DNA of 64,000 nucleotides from Candidatus Wolfebacteria bacterium GW2011_GWB1_47_1 (GCA_001029635.1 CP011209.1:484970-548969); one strand, 5' to 3'. Shown: positions 1 through 10,084, counted from the first letter of the stretch. Notes: generated by a model from the letters alone, not told the origin. Numbers and translations: made by a program.

Positions 1-759
1 GACCTTATCCCGGCACTCCAGTACGAACTTGAGACGCTCGCCGCTAGCGAGGAGAAGATCCTTGAGGCGGGTGGCGACTCCGCCATGCAGGAGCGGATCC
101 GGTTTGGCCTGCTGATGGAGGAGATCAAGACGGCTCCCGCGACGAAGGAGGCTGCATCCGAACTGCTGCAGAGTTGTATCGACATGGGCCGCTTCCGGCT
201 TGCGATGGCGCAGGATGCCCCGAACTTCCGTACCGACAAGATCGGTGCCCAGAAGTTCGACGACCGCGTTTACATCCCCCTGCTTGACAGCCGGAAGGAC
301 TCCGGCCAGTACGCCCTTGAGGAGGAGCTGGGAAAGTACCTTGCCAAGGTTGGCGAGGTAATTGCCCTGGAAGCGAAAGCCCGATTGGAGGATACTCTGC
401 GGGCAGGAGACCCGCGACTCGACCGCATGGCCGACGGCATGGTCGGCACGTACGTGCTGCGCTTTCCTGAGCGCATCGCGAGCGGTAAGCCGGCACTCTC
501 CGCAGGCGTAGGTCTCGTATCCATCGAGAGTAAGATCAGAAGTGGTGGCGGCAAACTGACGATCATCAAGATCGTTTCCGGCGCTGGGCGCCTGTCCTGG
601 ATGGACGATTACCGGGGCTCCTGGATCTCATTCGGCTCGTTCAAGCGTGGGCTGTCCGATGCTAATCTCGAGGACGGGTTGCGTCTCATGTCGGACCGCT
701 TGATCCGTACACTCTCGGACGCCAGTAAGCTCTGGAATAAATCGTCCTACCGGCGGTAG
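1..759 (+). CDS. Hypothetical protein, probably 5'-truncated by the window edge
   Basis: The frame is open from base 1 through the ATG at 85 to TAG at 759. Visibly GC-richer than neighbours; followed by hairpin GGAGGCTCTAGAGCCTTCC and a T-run. Confidence 0.6.
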   Translation, partial: DLIPALQYELETLAASEEKILEAGGDSAMQERIRFGLLMEEIKTAPATKEAASELLQSCIDMGRFRLAMAQDAPNFRTDKIGAQKFDDRVYIPLLDSRKDSGQYALEEELGKYLAKVGEVIALEAKARLEDTLRAGDPRLDRMADGMVGTYVLRFPERIASGKPALSAGVGLVSIESKIRSGGGKLTIIKIVSGAGRLSWMDDYRGSWISFGSFKRGLSDANLEDGLRLMSDRLIRTLSDASKLWNKSSYRR

Positions 760-865
760 TGGGCAGGGTGTGGTTTGTGATCAATTTTAGGGAGGCTCTA
801 GAGCCTTCCTTTTTTACGTTCATTTTCTTGCGCCAAGCGGTTTTTTGTGATATATTTTTTGCATT

Positions 866-2107
866 GTGAAAAAACAAGCCAAACTTATCCTAACCGGTAT
901 TGCTGTTGTTGCCGTCCTGGCAGCACTGTTTGTTCTCCCAATATCGAAAAAACCGTTTGATTTCGGTGGAAAGGTAGCCCCATGGAGACTGGGGCTCGAT
1001 CTTGTCGGCGGATCGCATCTGGTCTATGAAGTCGACATGTCTAATGTCGAAGCAAAAGATCGTGATTCGGTCATGGGCGGCTTGAAGGATGTCATTGAGC
1101 GTCGCGTGAACTTGTTTGGTGTCAGTGAGCCGCAAGTCATTACCGCAAAGGAAGGCGATTCCCATCGTTTAATTGTCGAACTCGCGGGTGTTCCTGTTGA
1201 GGAAGCAATTAAGCAGATCGGAGAAACTCCGATGCTTGATTTTCGTGAGGTGATTGAGATTGGTACATCGACTGCGTTTTTACCAACTCAACTCACTGGA
1301 CGTTACTTGAAGAAGGCCCAAATGACCTTCGACCAGACGCTTGGTACGCCGAGCGTAAGTCTCGAATTTAATGAAGAAGGGGGAAAACTTTTTGAGGAAT
1401 TGACCGCACGCAACATCGGCAAGCCCGTTGCCATCTTTTTGGATGGTCAGCCGATTGAAGTCCCGACCGTACAGGAGAAGATTTCCGGCGGAACAGCTCA
1501 AATCACGGGTAAATTTACTTCCGATGAAGCACGCAAGATGGTAGAGCGCTTCAATGCGGGCGCTTTGTCGGCACCAATGAGTCTCATGAGTCAGCAGACC
1601 GTTGGCGCTAGTCTTGGTCAGGAGTCTTTGAAAAAGGCAATCGATGCGGGCATTTATGGAACGCTTATCATCGTCTTGTTTATGTTGGTTTATTATCGTG
1701 GATTTGGTCTCTATGCTTCGCTTGCGCTTGTCGTCTATATTCTATTGACCGCAGCACTCTTCAAGTTCGGAGTAACTATGACCTTAGCAGGTATTGCAGG
1801 ATATATTCTTTCTATTGGTATGGCCGTTGACGCGAACATTCTTATCTTTGAGCGGACTAAAGAGGAACTGAAGCGCGGACTCTCGCGTTCGGCAGCTATC
1901 GAAGAAGGGTTCCGTCGCGCATGGTCTTCTATCCGCGACTCAAACATCTCAACCGGTATTACGTGCTTGATCTTGTTCGTGACAACGTCGAGCTTTGTGA
2001 AGGGCTTTGCGCTGACGCTTGGTATTGGTGTTTTGGTGAGTATGTTTTCGGCGATTACCGTAACCCGTCTTTTGATGTATGTGTTTTCGACGAAGGAACA
2101 CAAGTAA
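866..2107 (+). CDS. secD: Protein translocase subunit SecD
   Basis: LGLDLVGG motif, ERRVNLFGVSEP, IGMAVDANILIFER, IRDSNIST, VKGFALTL; GTG start. Confidence 0.97.
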   Translation: MKKQAKLILTGIAVVAVLAALFVLPISKKPFDFGGKVAPWRLGLDLVGGSHLVYEVDMSNVEAKDRDSVMGGLKDVIERRVNLFGVSEPQVITAKEGDSHRLIVELAGVPVEEAIKQIGETPMLDFREVIEIGTSTAFLPTQLTGRYLKKAQMTFDQTLGTPSVSLEFNEEGGKLFEELTARNIGKPVAIFLDGQPIEVPTVQEKISGGTAQITGKFTSDEARKMVERFNAGALSAPMSLMSQQTVGASLGQESLKKAIDAGIYGTLIIVLFMLVYYRGFGLYASLALVVYILLTAALFKFGVTMTLAGIAGYILSIGMAVDANILIFERTKEELKRGLSRSAAIEEGFRRAWSSIRDSNISTGITCLILFVTTSSFVKGFALTLGIGVLVSMFSAITVTRLLMYVFSTKEHK

Positions 2108-2126
2108 TCTTATCTATCATCAAACT

Positions 2127-3026
2127 ATGAATATCATAAAATACAAGTCAGTGTTTCTCGGCATCTCCGCCCTGCTGGTCTTGGCGAGTGTCATTGCCCT
2201 TTCTACCCTCGGCTTGAAAATCGGCATCGATTTCAAGGGAGGGGCGATGTGGCAGGTAAAGCAGGTGTCCGGTGACGTTGCGATGAACGAAGGCACATTG
2301 AAGGATTTCCTCGGCACCACACTGGAAGACAAGAATTTTGTCATGTTCCCTGCGGATGACGGCAGTTATCTAATTCGCATGAGCGCCATTTCGGAAGCAA
2401 CGCATCAGCAGTATCTGCAGGATCTTCGTGCTACATTTGGAACTATCGAAGAGGGCCAGTTCCAGTCTATCGGAGCAACTATCGGCGATGAGCTTCGTGC
2501 GAAGTCACTTTGGGCTATTGTGTATGTTGTTCTTGGTATTTCATTGTACGTAACGTATGCTTTCCGTAAGGTTTCCTATCCAGTCAAGTCATGGAAATAC
2601 GGCGTAATCACCTTGATCACCTTATTGCACGATGTTATTGTGCCGGCAGGATTCTTCGCCGTTTTGGGCTGGAAGTTTGGCGTTGAGATTGACACGAACT
2701 TCATCGTCGCATTGCTCGTGGTTATGGGATTTTCGGTACACGACACTATTGTCGTATTCGACCGTATTCGGGAAAATGTGCTCAACCATGGGGGGAATAC
2801 CAAATTTGAGGATATTGTGAACAAGAGCGTCAATCAAACGTTTGCTCGATCTATTAATACCTCATTAACCGTATTGATCGTACTTATTGCCATGTATTTC
2901 TTCGGACCGGCAACCTTGCAGTACTTTATTCTTACCCTGATCATTGGAATTGCGATGGGAACTTATTCGTCGATCTTCGTCGCTAGCCCGCTCTTGACAA
3001 TATCGCGGAAATTAAGTAGAGTTTAA
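2127..3026 (+). CDS. secF: Protein translocase subunit SecF
   Basis: GIDFKGG, GFSVHDTIVVFDRIREN, RSINTSLT, GTYSSIFVASP; follows secD. Start moved to ATG 2127. Confidence 0.97.
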   Translation: MNIIKYKSVFLGISALLVLASVIALSTLGLKIGIDFKGGAMWQVKQVSGDVAMNEGTLKDFLGTTLEDKNFVMFPADDGSYLIRMSAISEATHQQYLQDLRATFGTIEEGQFQSIGATIGDELRAKSLWAIVYVVLGISLYVTYAFRKVSYPVKSWKYGVITLITLLHDVIVPAGFFAVLGWKFGVEIDTNFIVALLVVMGFSVHDTIVVFDRIRENVLNHGGNTKFEDIVNKSVNQTFARSINTSLTVLIVLIAMYFFGPATLQYFILTLIIGIAMGTYSSIFVASPLLTISRKLSRV

Positions 3027-3056
3027 TCACACTAATTTACAGTAGGTTTAATCACT

Positions 3057-4085
3057 ATGAAGAACGTAGGCACCATCATTGAACGCGTAACCCATTCCCT
3101 GTCCGCCCGCCAGCGAGAGATCGTTGAGGAGCGTTTTGGGCTCCGTGATAACGAAGAAAAGACCCTCCAGGAATTGGGAGAGCGTAATGGGATTACCCGT
3201 GAGCGCGTCCGCCAGATCGAAGCCGAGGGGCTTCGTTTGGCACGGGAGCATTTTGCTGAGAGCGATGGGCAACAACTTGTTGACCTAGCCAAGAATCGCC
3301 TCGTAACCATGGGCGGTATTCGCAAGGAGAAGGATTTTGTTGCCGATATGCAGACTATTCTCAAGGATGATTCGGTGAACCAGTGCCAGTTGCGATTCTT
3401 ATTCAAGATCGCCGGAGAACCGATGCACTACGGAGAGGATGACGAATTCTACAGCTTCTGGTGTAATGACAAGGCTACCATCAAGAAGGCGACTACTTTT
3501 ATTGAGAAAGCAGTCAAGTTCTTCGGAGGGAAGAAGGAGGAGCTTGTGTTTAAAGGACAGTTTGACCAGTATTTCACACAGCTTGTCGCAACGGCGTCGC
3601 TCGACGTGGCTATTGGCATGAACTACCTCGGTATTTCCAAGAAGTTTAGTAATAACCCATATTCCGATTTTGGTCTTTCCCATTGGGAAGAGATCGCACC
3701 GAAGACGGCGCGCGCAAAGGCCTACTTGATCCTGCGAAAGCATGGCAAGCCGATGCATTTTCGTGATATTGCCCATACGATCAATAACACCGGTTTCGAT
3801 AAAAAGCCGGTCTATGCACAGACTATCCATAATGAACTCATTAAGGACAATCGATTCGTATTAGTAGGACGCGGCATGTACGGTCTGACCGAGCATGGAT
3901 TCTTTCCGGGCACTGCGAAGGATGTCATTAGGCAGATTCTCGTTGACGGAGGACCGTTGGCACAACAGGAAGTTGTGAAAATGGTTTCGGCACAGCGATT
4001 TCTTAAAGAGAATACCATTCTGCTCAACTTGCAGAATAAAAAGCATTTCAAGCGATTAGATAATGGAACGTATCACGTTGCATAA
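3057..4085 (+). CDS. Sigma-70 region 4 HTH fused to a C-terminal HARE-HTH/RNAP-delta-like winged helix
   Basis: LSARQREIVEERFGL...TLQELGERNGITRERVRQIE (sigma r4); C-terminal GKPMHFRDIA...QTIHNELIKDNRFVLVGRGMYGL. No sigma region 2. Confidence 0.8.
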   Translation: MKNVGTIIERVTHSLSARQREIVEERFGLRDNEEKTLQELGERNGITRERVRQIEAEGLRLAREHFAESDGQQLVDLAKNRLVTMGGIRKEKDFVADMQTILKDDSVNQCQLRFLFKIAGEPMHYGEDDEFYSFWCNDKATIKKATTFIEKAVKFFGGKKEELVFKGQFDQYFTQLVATASLDVAIGMNYLGISKKFSNNPYSDFGLSHWEEIAPKTARAKAYLILRKHGKPMHFRDIAHTINNTGFDKKPVYAQTIHNELIKDNRFVLVGRGMYGLTEHGFFPGTAKDVIRQILVDGGPLAQQEVVKMVSAQRFLKENTILLNLQNKKHFKRLDNGTYHVA

Positions 4086-4173
4086 CTAACCGACAACCAA
4101 TAACGGAATACAAAAAAGAGACGCACGCGTCTCTTTTTTGTTGGGCTATTTTGCGATATACTGGGATAGATAC

Positions 4174-5520
4174 ATGGAGAACATTTTGAAATCATTATTT
4201 GGAGACCTGCCTGCGTCTCCTGTCATTGGTGATATTGTACTTGGCGTCTTGCGGAGTATTTTTGAGGTGTTCGGATATGTTTGGTGGATTGTTATTCCGC
4301 TTGCACTTGCATTTTATCAGTGGGATTTATGGGTTGATGGTAACAAAAGTGCCTTTAAAAAGAAAATTAAATGGGTTGTATTGGAGATGCGTATTCCTAA
4401 AGAAAACCTGCGCAGTCCTAAAGCTATGGAGCAGGTGTTTGCCACCTTGCACACGACCTATTCCGGGGAGATCAGCTGGTGGGATCAGAATATCAAAGGC
4501 AAGACCGAAGGAACTATGTCGTTTGAGATGGTCGGGCGCAGTGGCGGTGTGCATTTCTATATGCGCATCCCGGCTGATCATCGTAACCTCGTAGAGGCCG
4601 CGATCTTTGGTCAATATCCCAATGCCGAGCTTGCTATTGTGGATGATTATGTCGAATTGGTTCCGGCTTCGTTGCCGAACCAAGTTTATGATGTTTGGGG
4701 AACCGACCTTGTTCTCGATAAGGATAGCGCGTATCCGATTAAGACGTATTTGTATTTTGAGGAAAAGGAAGAAGAGCAGCGACTTGATCCCTTGACGGTC
4801 ATCTTGGAGACCATGTCGAAGTTACAAGGAGAGGAGACCATCTGGCTACAGTATGTTATCAAACCGACTGGGGAGAAGACAAATGAGTATAAAAAGAAGG
4901 GGCAGGCGATCGTGGACAAGATGTTGGGACGCGAAGTAAAGGCGGTCGTTGAGCTGGGCGTGTTTGATCATCTGATTATATTGTTCGAAAACTTTTTTAC
5001 GGCATTTATAACCGAACCGAAGTGGCCTGAACCTCCTAAAAAAGTAGAAACAAATCCAAAAACGATTTCCTCCTTAAGCTTCACAGAAAAGGAAGTGCTT
5101 GAAGGGATAGAGGGGAAGATATCAAAGCTGTGCTACGAAGTAAGTATTCGGATGATCTATATCGACCGACAGGAGCTGTTCAATAAATCCTATACCGGCG
5201 CGCTTATCGGTTCGTTCAAGCAATTTGGATCGCACCACATCAATTCATTCAAAGGAAATAAGGATACATCAATTGCGCCACCTAAGGGATTTAAGGCGTG
5301 GCTGTTTCCTAAGTGGAAGAGCCATCAGGAGTATCTCAAGAAGCGTTCTATGTATGATTCCTATAAGGGTCGTGGCATGATTAAGAAGGCGCCTGTGTTT
5401 TCCATTGAAGAGCTTGCAACATTGTATCACGTCCCAACCTCGTTAGTAGGCGCTCCGAGTATGCGCCGTATTGAAGCGAAGAAGGGTGAGCCACCGGAGA
5501 ATCTCCCAATAGAGATGTAG
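4174..5520 (+). CDS. Conserved membrane protein of the type found beside VirD4/TraG-like ATPases in CPR genomes
   Basis: N-terminal TM segment; motifs LEMRIPKE..SPKAMEQVF, SFEMVG, QYPNAEL, YPIKTY, EELATLYHxP. Confidence 0.65.
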   Translation: MENILKSLFGDLPASPVIGDIVLGVLRSIFEVFGYVWWIVIPLALAFYQWDLWVDGNKSAFKKKIKWVVLEMRIPKENLRSPKAMEQVFATLHTTYSGEISWWDQNIKGKTEGTMSFEMVGRSGGVHFYMRIPADHRNLVEAAIFGQYPNAELAIVDDYVELVPASLPNQVYDVWGTDLVLDKDSAYPIKTYLYFEEKEEEQRLDPLTVILETMSKLQGEETIWLQYVIKPTGEKTNEYKKKGQAIVDKMLGREVKAVVELGVFDHLIILFENFFTAFITEPKWPEPPKKVETNPKTISSLSFTEKEVLEGIEGKISKLCYEVSIRMIYIDRQELFNKSYTGALIGSFKQFGSHHINSFKGNKDTSIAPPKGFKAWLFPKWKSHQEYLKKRSMYDSYKGRGMIKKAPVFSIEELATLYHVPTSLVGAPSMRRIEAKKGEPPENLPIEM

Positions 5521-5528
5521 ATAGGTGC

Positions 5529-5608
5529 ATTGTCATTCCCGCGGAGGCGGGAATGACAATATCATTTTAAATAGATTCCTCAGTCGTCTGACAGATGGAA
5601 ATGACAAA
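5529..5608. repeat. REP-like palindrome (GTCATTCCCGCG-type) with a degenerate second half
   Basis: ATTGTCATTCCCGC-GGAG-GCGGGAATGACAAT is a perfect inverted repeat at 5529-5560, followed by AGATTCC...AATGACA. Related copies at 39805 and 49945. Confidence 0.8.
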
Positions 5609-5613
5609 AGATA

Positions 5614-7512
5614 ATGAATAATAAAGAAGTCTCAATTTTTGCAAAAACAAATTTTCGCAACCAAAGCGTTAATTTTGGCATCAAGTCAGCTGATCGGCTT
5701 CGTCATATGTATGTCGTCGGCAAGAGCGGTACTGGTAAGACGACCATGATGAAGAATCTGATGATCAATGACATCAAGAATGGCTTCGGTGTTGCCGTGC
5801 TCGATCCCCATGGAGAATTTGTCGAGGAATTGCTTAAGCATGTACCCGAGGATCGCATCAAAGATGTAATCTACGTCAATCCCGCCGATATTGATAACCC
5901 TGTCGGATTTAATCCACTCGAGCGTGTTGGAGAAGAACATGCCCACTTGGTCGCTTCGGCGGTTATGGGTGTATTCCAAAAGATCTGGGTTGATGCCTGG
6001 TCTGCGCGTATGGAGTATATTCTCAATAATACCCTGCTGGCCCTTTTGGAATATCCGGGCACGACGTTATTGAGTATTATGCGCATGCTTGCGGAAAAGG
6101 AATATCGCCAGAAGGTCGTTTCGAATCTTAAGGATCCGGTCATCAAATCATTCTGGGAGAACGAGTTCGCAAAATATACGGACAAGTTTATGACCGAGGC
6201 TATCGCTCCGCTCCAGAACAAGGTCGGACAATTTAGTTCCAATCCAGTCATCCGCAATATTATCGGACAACCAAAGTCTACCATCGACATGCGCAAGGCG
6301 ATGGATGAAGGAAAGATTCTCATATGCAACCTCTCACAAGGCCGACTCGGAGAAGATAACTCGGCATTGCTCGGAGCTATGATCATCACCAAGATCCAGT
6401 TGGCTGCCATGAGTCGTATTGATACTCCTGAAGCGGAACGTCGACCATTCTTTTTGTACATCGACGAGTTCCAAAACTTTTCCACAGGAGCGTTCACCAA
6501 AATATTTGCCGAAGCCCGTAAGTATGGACTCGGTCTTACGCTTGCCCATCAGTACGTTGAGCAGCTTAAAAAGGAGGAAGGTCTCGCCGAGGCGATCGTC
6601 GGAAACATTGGTACCTTGGTATTATTTCGTGTAGGGGCGATCGATGCCGTTTTCTTCGAAAAGGAATTTGAGCCTGAATTTACTCCAGCCGATATGATCG
6701 GCTTGTCAAACAGGCATATTTACCTTAAATTGTTGGTTGACGGTCAGGCGTCTCGGCCCTTTTCAGCAGAAACGTTGCCGCCATATCCAATTCCACAGCC
6801 GAATTTTGAGGATGTTATCATAGCAAATTCCCGCAGACTGTATTCGATGCCGAAACCGCTCGTGGATGAAATGATCGCCAAGGAATATATGGGTTCAGGC
6901 AAGACGTCTATGGAGGATAAGGTCATGCGAAGGGATGAGCGGTCATTGGGATCTACATTAATTCCTCGCGCGCAAGCACCGAGGTCCTTCGGCTCTGGTC
7001 AGGATAAATCCTTCGGCCACCAGCCGGCGGCTCAGAGTAGATCCTTCGGCTCTACTCAGGACAAGCCCCTTGGATCCGCTCAGGACAGGCAGGCATTTGG
7101 CAGAGACCAGGGTAGGTCAGCCGATTCTAGGCCTGTCGCTCATGCGCCTTCGTCGCGCCCTGTCGCGCCCATTAATCGATCTGATGATTCAGGTAAAAAA
7201 GCACCTTTTCATGATTCGACTGCCTTTGAGAAGGTTGTAACCGGTGCCCCTGTGCTCGTAAAACCTGAGGTGGATCGACCGAAACATGTTTATGAAAAGA
7301 AGCCGGTTAATATCGATGACCTAAAAAAAGCGATAGAGGAGACATTGCAAAAACGAAAAGAACCAGTTCTTACCGACAAGTATTTAGGTTCCGTTCAGGA
7401 CGGGCCGGTGCAGCGGCCAAGGAATATTGAGCGCGATACGCAACCCCCTCCTATCGCCTCTCATAGTGATGATAAAGCGGTTGCTGTGCCGGAGAAAGAA
7501 CAGCATACGTAA
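5614..7512 (+). CDS. Type IV secretion coupling protein-like / HerA-FtsK superfamily ATPase with a low-complexity C-terminal tail
   Basis: RHMYVVGKSGTGKT (Walker A), VLDPHGE, FLYIDEFQNF (Walker B), EARKYGLGLTLAHQ. Confidence 0.85.
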   Translation: MNNKEVSIFAKTNFRNQSVNFGIKSADRLRHMYVVGKSGTGKTTMMKNLMINDIKNGFGVAVLDPHGEFVEELLKHVPEDRIKDVIYVNPADIDNPVGFNPLERVGEEHAHLVASAVMGVFQKIWVDAWSARMEYILNNTLLALLEYPGTTLLSIMRMLAEKEYRQKVVSNLKDPVIKSFWENEFAKYTDKFMTEAIAPLQNKVGQFSSNPVIRNIIGQPKSTIDMRKAMDEGKILICNLSQGRLGEDNSALLGAMIITKIQLAAMSRIDTPEAERRPFFLYIDEFQNFSTGAFTKIFAEARKYGLGLTLAHQYVEQLKKEEGLAEAIVGNIGTLVLFRVGAIDAVFFEKEFEPEFTPADMIGLSNRHIYLKLLVDGQASRPFSAETLPPYPIPQPNFEDVIIANSRRLYSMPKPLVDEMIAKEYMGSGKTSMEDKVMRRDERSLGSTLIPRAQAPRSFGSGQDKSFGHQPAAQSRSFGSTQDKPLGSAQDRQAFGRDQGRSADSRPVAHAPSSRPVAPINRSDDSGKKAPFHDSTAFEKVVTGAPVLVKPEVDRPKHVYEKKPVNIDDLKKAIEETLQKRKEPVLTDKYLGSVQDGPVQRPRNIERDTQPPPIASHSDDKAVAVPEKEQHT

Positions 7513-7588
7513 TTATTAATAAAAATAACTTAGTAAGGAGGGTGATCAATTTTGTAAATTGATAACTCCGTTCGCAAACAAAATTGGC

Positions 7589-8158
7589 ATGTTAGATATA
7601 AACGATCTTGAAAAAGGAAGTTCTATTATTATGGACGGTGACCCGTTCAGCGTACTTGAAATTTCTCATCAGCACGTCGGACGAGGAGGTTCGTCTGTAC
7701 AAACAAAATTGAAGAATTTGCGTACCGGACAGGTGCTATCGCGCAACTTTAAGCCGGCTGACGAATTCGAAGAGGCAGAAGTCGAGGAGCTGAAGTCAAA
7801 ATACCTCTACGCGACCAAAGGGGAATTTTGGTTTTCCGAACAGGCTAATCCCGGTAAACGATTTAGCTTGACTGAAGATATTGTGGGTGATCAAAAGGAT
7901 TATCTTAAAGCAGATATGGAAGTTATTGCTCTGATCTTCAATGAGAAGATCTTTGGTGTACGGTTGCCGATCAAGATGGAATACGTAGTTACCGAGGCCC
8001 CTCCCGCAATCAAGGGTAATACTGCCCAAGGTGGAACAAAGGTTGTTGTTATTGAATCGGGCGCGAAGGTCAACGTGCCGATGTTTATTAATGAGGGTGA
8101 TAGTATCCGCGTAAACACGCAGACCGGCGAATACGGCGAGCGTGTAGAAAAAGCATAA
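7589..8158 (+). CDS. efp: Translation elongation factor P
   Basis: HVGRGG loop (Arg at the conserved Lys/Arg position), KLKNLRTG, PPAIKGNTA, VPMFINEGDSIRVNT. Confidence 0.97.
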   Translation: MLDINDLEKGSSIIMDGDPFSVLEISHQHVGRGGSSVQTKLKNLRTGQVLSRNFKPADEFEEAEVEELKSKYLYATKGEFWFSEQANPGKRFSLTEDIVGDQKDYLKADMEVIALIFNEKIFGVRLPIKMEYVVTEAPPAIKGNTAQGGTKVVVIESGAKVNVPMFINEGDSIRVNTQTGEYGERVEKA

Positions 8159-8171
8159 TCACCATATATCC

Positions 8172-8792
8172 ATGCAAGCACTCATAGCCAGTACCTGGTT
8201 CACTTTCGTGTTTACGTGGTTTACTCCTGCGGTACTTTTTGTCGTTGCGGTTACTGCGTGTATCGCATATTACCGACCGCTGTCTGATGTTCGTCGTACG
8301 CGAATCTACACATCGCTTGCTATTGGTGTCGTGGTGTTTCGATTATTTGCCGCCGGATTAAAAACGGGTTTGCAATATTATACCTGGACACTTACGGATG
8401 TTTCTAAATTCATGCTGCCGCCACACCAAAGCATCGGTGTCTTATTGCAGTACGTCTGGACACATTTTTGGCTCAATGCGGTGATCGCGATCGGGGCTGC
8501 CTTGCTGTTTTATATCGTTTTGCGATTGTTGCGTTCCCATAACGAACGGTATTTCGAAGAAGGGGAGGTTGAGCTCGGATTTTTAATGGCGCTTGTCGTT
8601 GGATGGCCGTATTTCGTCTTTTTTGTCCCATCCGTTTTTTTACTGGTTATCTTCCTGAGTATCATCCGAGGAGTATTTTTACATAAACCGTATACCACAC
8701 TCGGGGTGCCCTTTTTTCTCGGTGCCGTTATTGCGTATGGGGTAACCTCCTTTATAATGGACGCATATGGCTTGGTGCAGTTTTCCATCTGA
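8172..8792 (+). CDS. Membrane protein resembling the C-terminal half of prepilin peptidase (A24)
   Basis: Multiple TM helices; EEGEVELGFLMALVVGW resembles the GxGD(V/F)KL...GW motif; ends in LGVPFFLGA. Confidence 0.5.
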   Translation: MQALIASTWFTFVFTWFTPAVLFVVAVTACIAYYRPLSDVRRTRIYTSLAIGVVVFRLFAAGLKTGLQYYTWTLTDVSKFMLPPHQSIGVLLQYVWTHFWLNAVIAIGAALLFYIVLRLLRSHNERYFEEGEVELGFLMALVVGWPYFVFFVPSVFLLVIFLSIIRGVFLHKPYTTLGVPFFLGAVIAYGVTSFIMDAYGLVQFSI

Positions 8793-8832
8793 GTCTTGCA
8801 ATTTCGCTTTAGTCTGATAGGCTTTCGGTGTT

Positions 8833-9924
8833 ATGGAAACTCCTAGGCCAAAAGTATTCGTCATGATGTCGGGTGGCGTCGATTCGAGCGTCGCTGCTTT
8901 TTTGTTGCGTGAGCAAGGGTTGTATGACGTGGTTGGGGCATTTATCAAAGGCTACAACGTTGATGGGTGTCAGGATAGGGAGTCTGAGGATGCCCGCCGG
9001 GTTGCCGAGCATTTGGGTATCCCATTTTACGTCATTGATCTTGAAGAGGAATATAAGCAATTCGTTGTCGAGTATCTGGTCAACGGGTATCGCAACGGCA
9101 TTACGCCAAATCCGGATGTGATGTGTAATAAGGAGATCAAGTTTGGCGTGTTTCTGGAGAAGGCGCTTGCGCTGGGTGCCAATTTTGTAGCTACGGGGCA
9201 TTATGTAAGAATTTCAAATTTCAAATTTCAAATTTCTAATGAGGATACGAAGACCGTGTGTGCGTTGCAACAGGGGATTGATGATAACAAAGATCAAAGT
9301 TATTTTTTGTGGACGTTGCGACAGGGGCAGTTGAAACATTGCCTGTTTCCGATTGGCGCGTACACCAAGCCAGAGATTCGCGCCATCGCAACGAAGGCCG
9401 GATTATCTACCGCACAGAAGAAAGATTCTCAGGGAATCTGTTTTTTGGGGAACATATCGTTGCGTGAATTTTTGGAACAATATCTACCCAAGAAGCGCGG
9501 AGATATTATCACAGTTGACGGTAAGAAGGTCGGTGAGCATGATGGGGCCTGGTTCTACACTATCGGACAACGCCATGGTCTTGGTATTGGTGGCGGTCCG
9601 GCTTATTTTGTTGTTAAAAAAGATGTCCGTAATAATATCGTAACCGTGGCGCATACTGAAGGTTTGCTCGGACAGGCGATTGACCATATTGATCTTGTCG
9701 ATGTTAATTTTATGGGAATATATGCCGCGCAATGTCCGGAATCCATCCCGGTCATGGCACGGATCCGTTATCGTCAGGCATTGTTTTCGGCTGTTTTGAT
9801 CGCGGAAAAAAACGGAGTCTACCGATTACAGTTTGATGAGTTTCAGAAATTCATAGCACCTGGCCAGTCAGCCGTACTTTATGGTAATGATGGCGTTATG
9901 ATCGGAGGTGGGGTTATGGCATGA
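8833..9924 (+). CDS. mnmA: tRNA-specific 2-thiouridylase MnmA
   Basis: SGGVDS, TPNPDVMCNKEIKFG, ATGHY, KDQSYFL, DSQGICF, TIGQRHG, APGQSAV. Confidence 0.98.
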   Translation: METPRPKVFVMMSGGVDSSVAAFLLREQGLYDVVGAFIKGYNVDGCQDRESEDARRVAEHLGIPFYVIDLEEEYKQFVVEYLVNGYRNGITPNPDVMCNKEIKFGVFLEKALALGANFVATGHYVRISNFKFQISNEDTKTVCALQQGIDDNKDQSYFLWTLRQGQLKHCLFPIGAYTKPEIRAIATKAGLSTAQKKDSQGICFLGNISLREFLEQYLPKKRGDIITVDGKKVGEHDGAWFYTIGQRHGLGIGGGPAYFVVKKDVRNNIVTVAHTEGLLGQAIDHIDLVDVNFMGIYAAQCPESIPVMARIRYRQALFSAVLIAEKNGVYRLQFDEFQKFIAPGQSAVLYGNDGVMIGGGVMA

Positions 9925-10084
9925 TCGAAAGAGAGGGGTGGCTAGAGAATTTCTAAGCTGGAGTGCGCGGCGATCTTTGATTTATGCAATAGGGTGGCGC
10001 GGGGCTTCCTATTTATAACATAGCCATTAGGTGGTACCATAAAAATGTATATAAAGGTCGCATTATTTTAGAAAAATAAATTAT

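Noticed and set aside
5614-7512. Integrative conjugative element
   Set aside because: No integrase, relaxase, virB genes or att repeats; the context is housekeeping.
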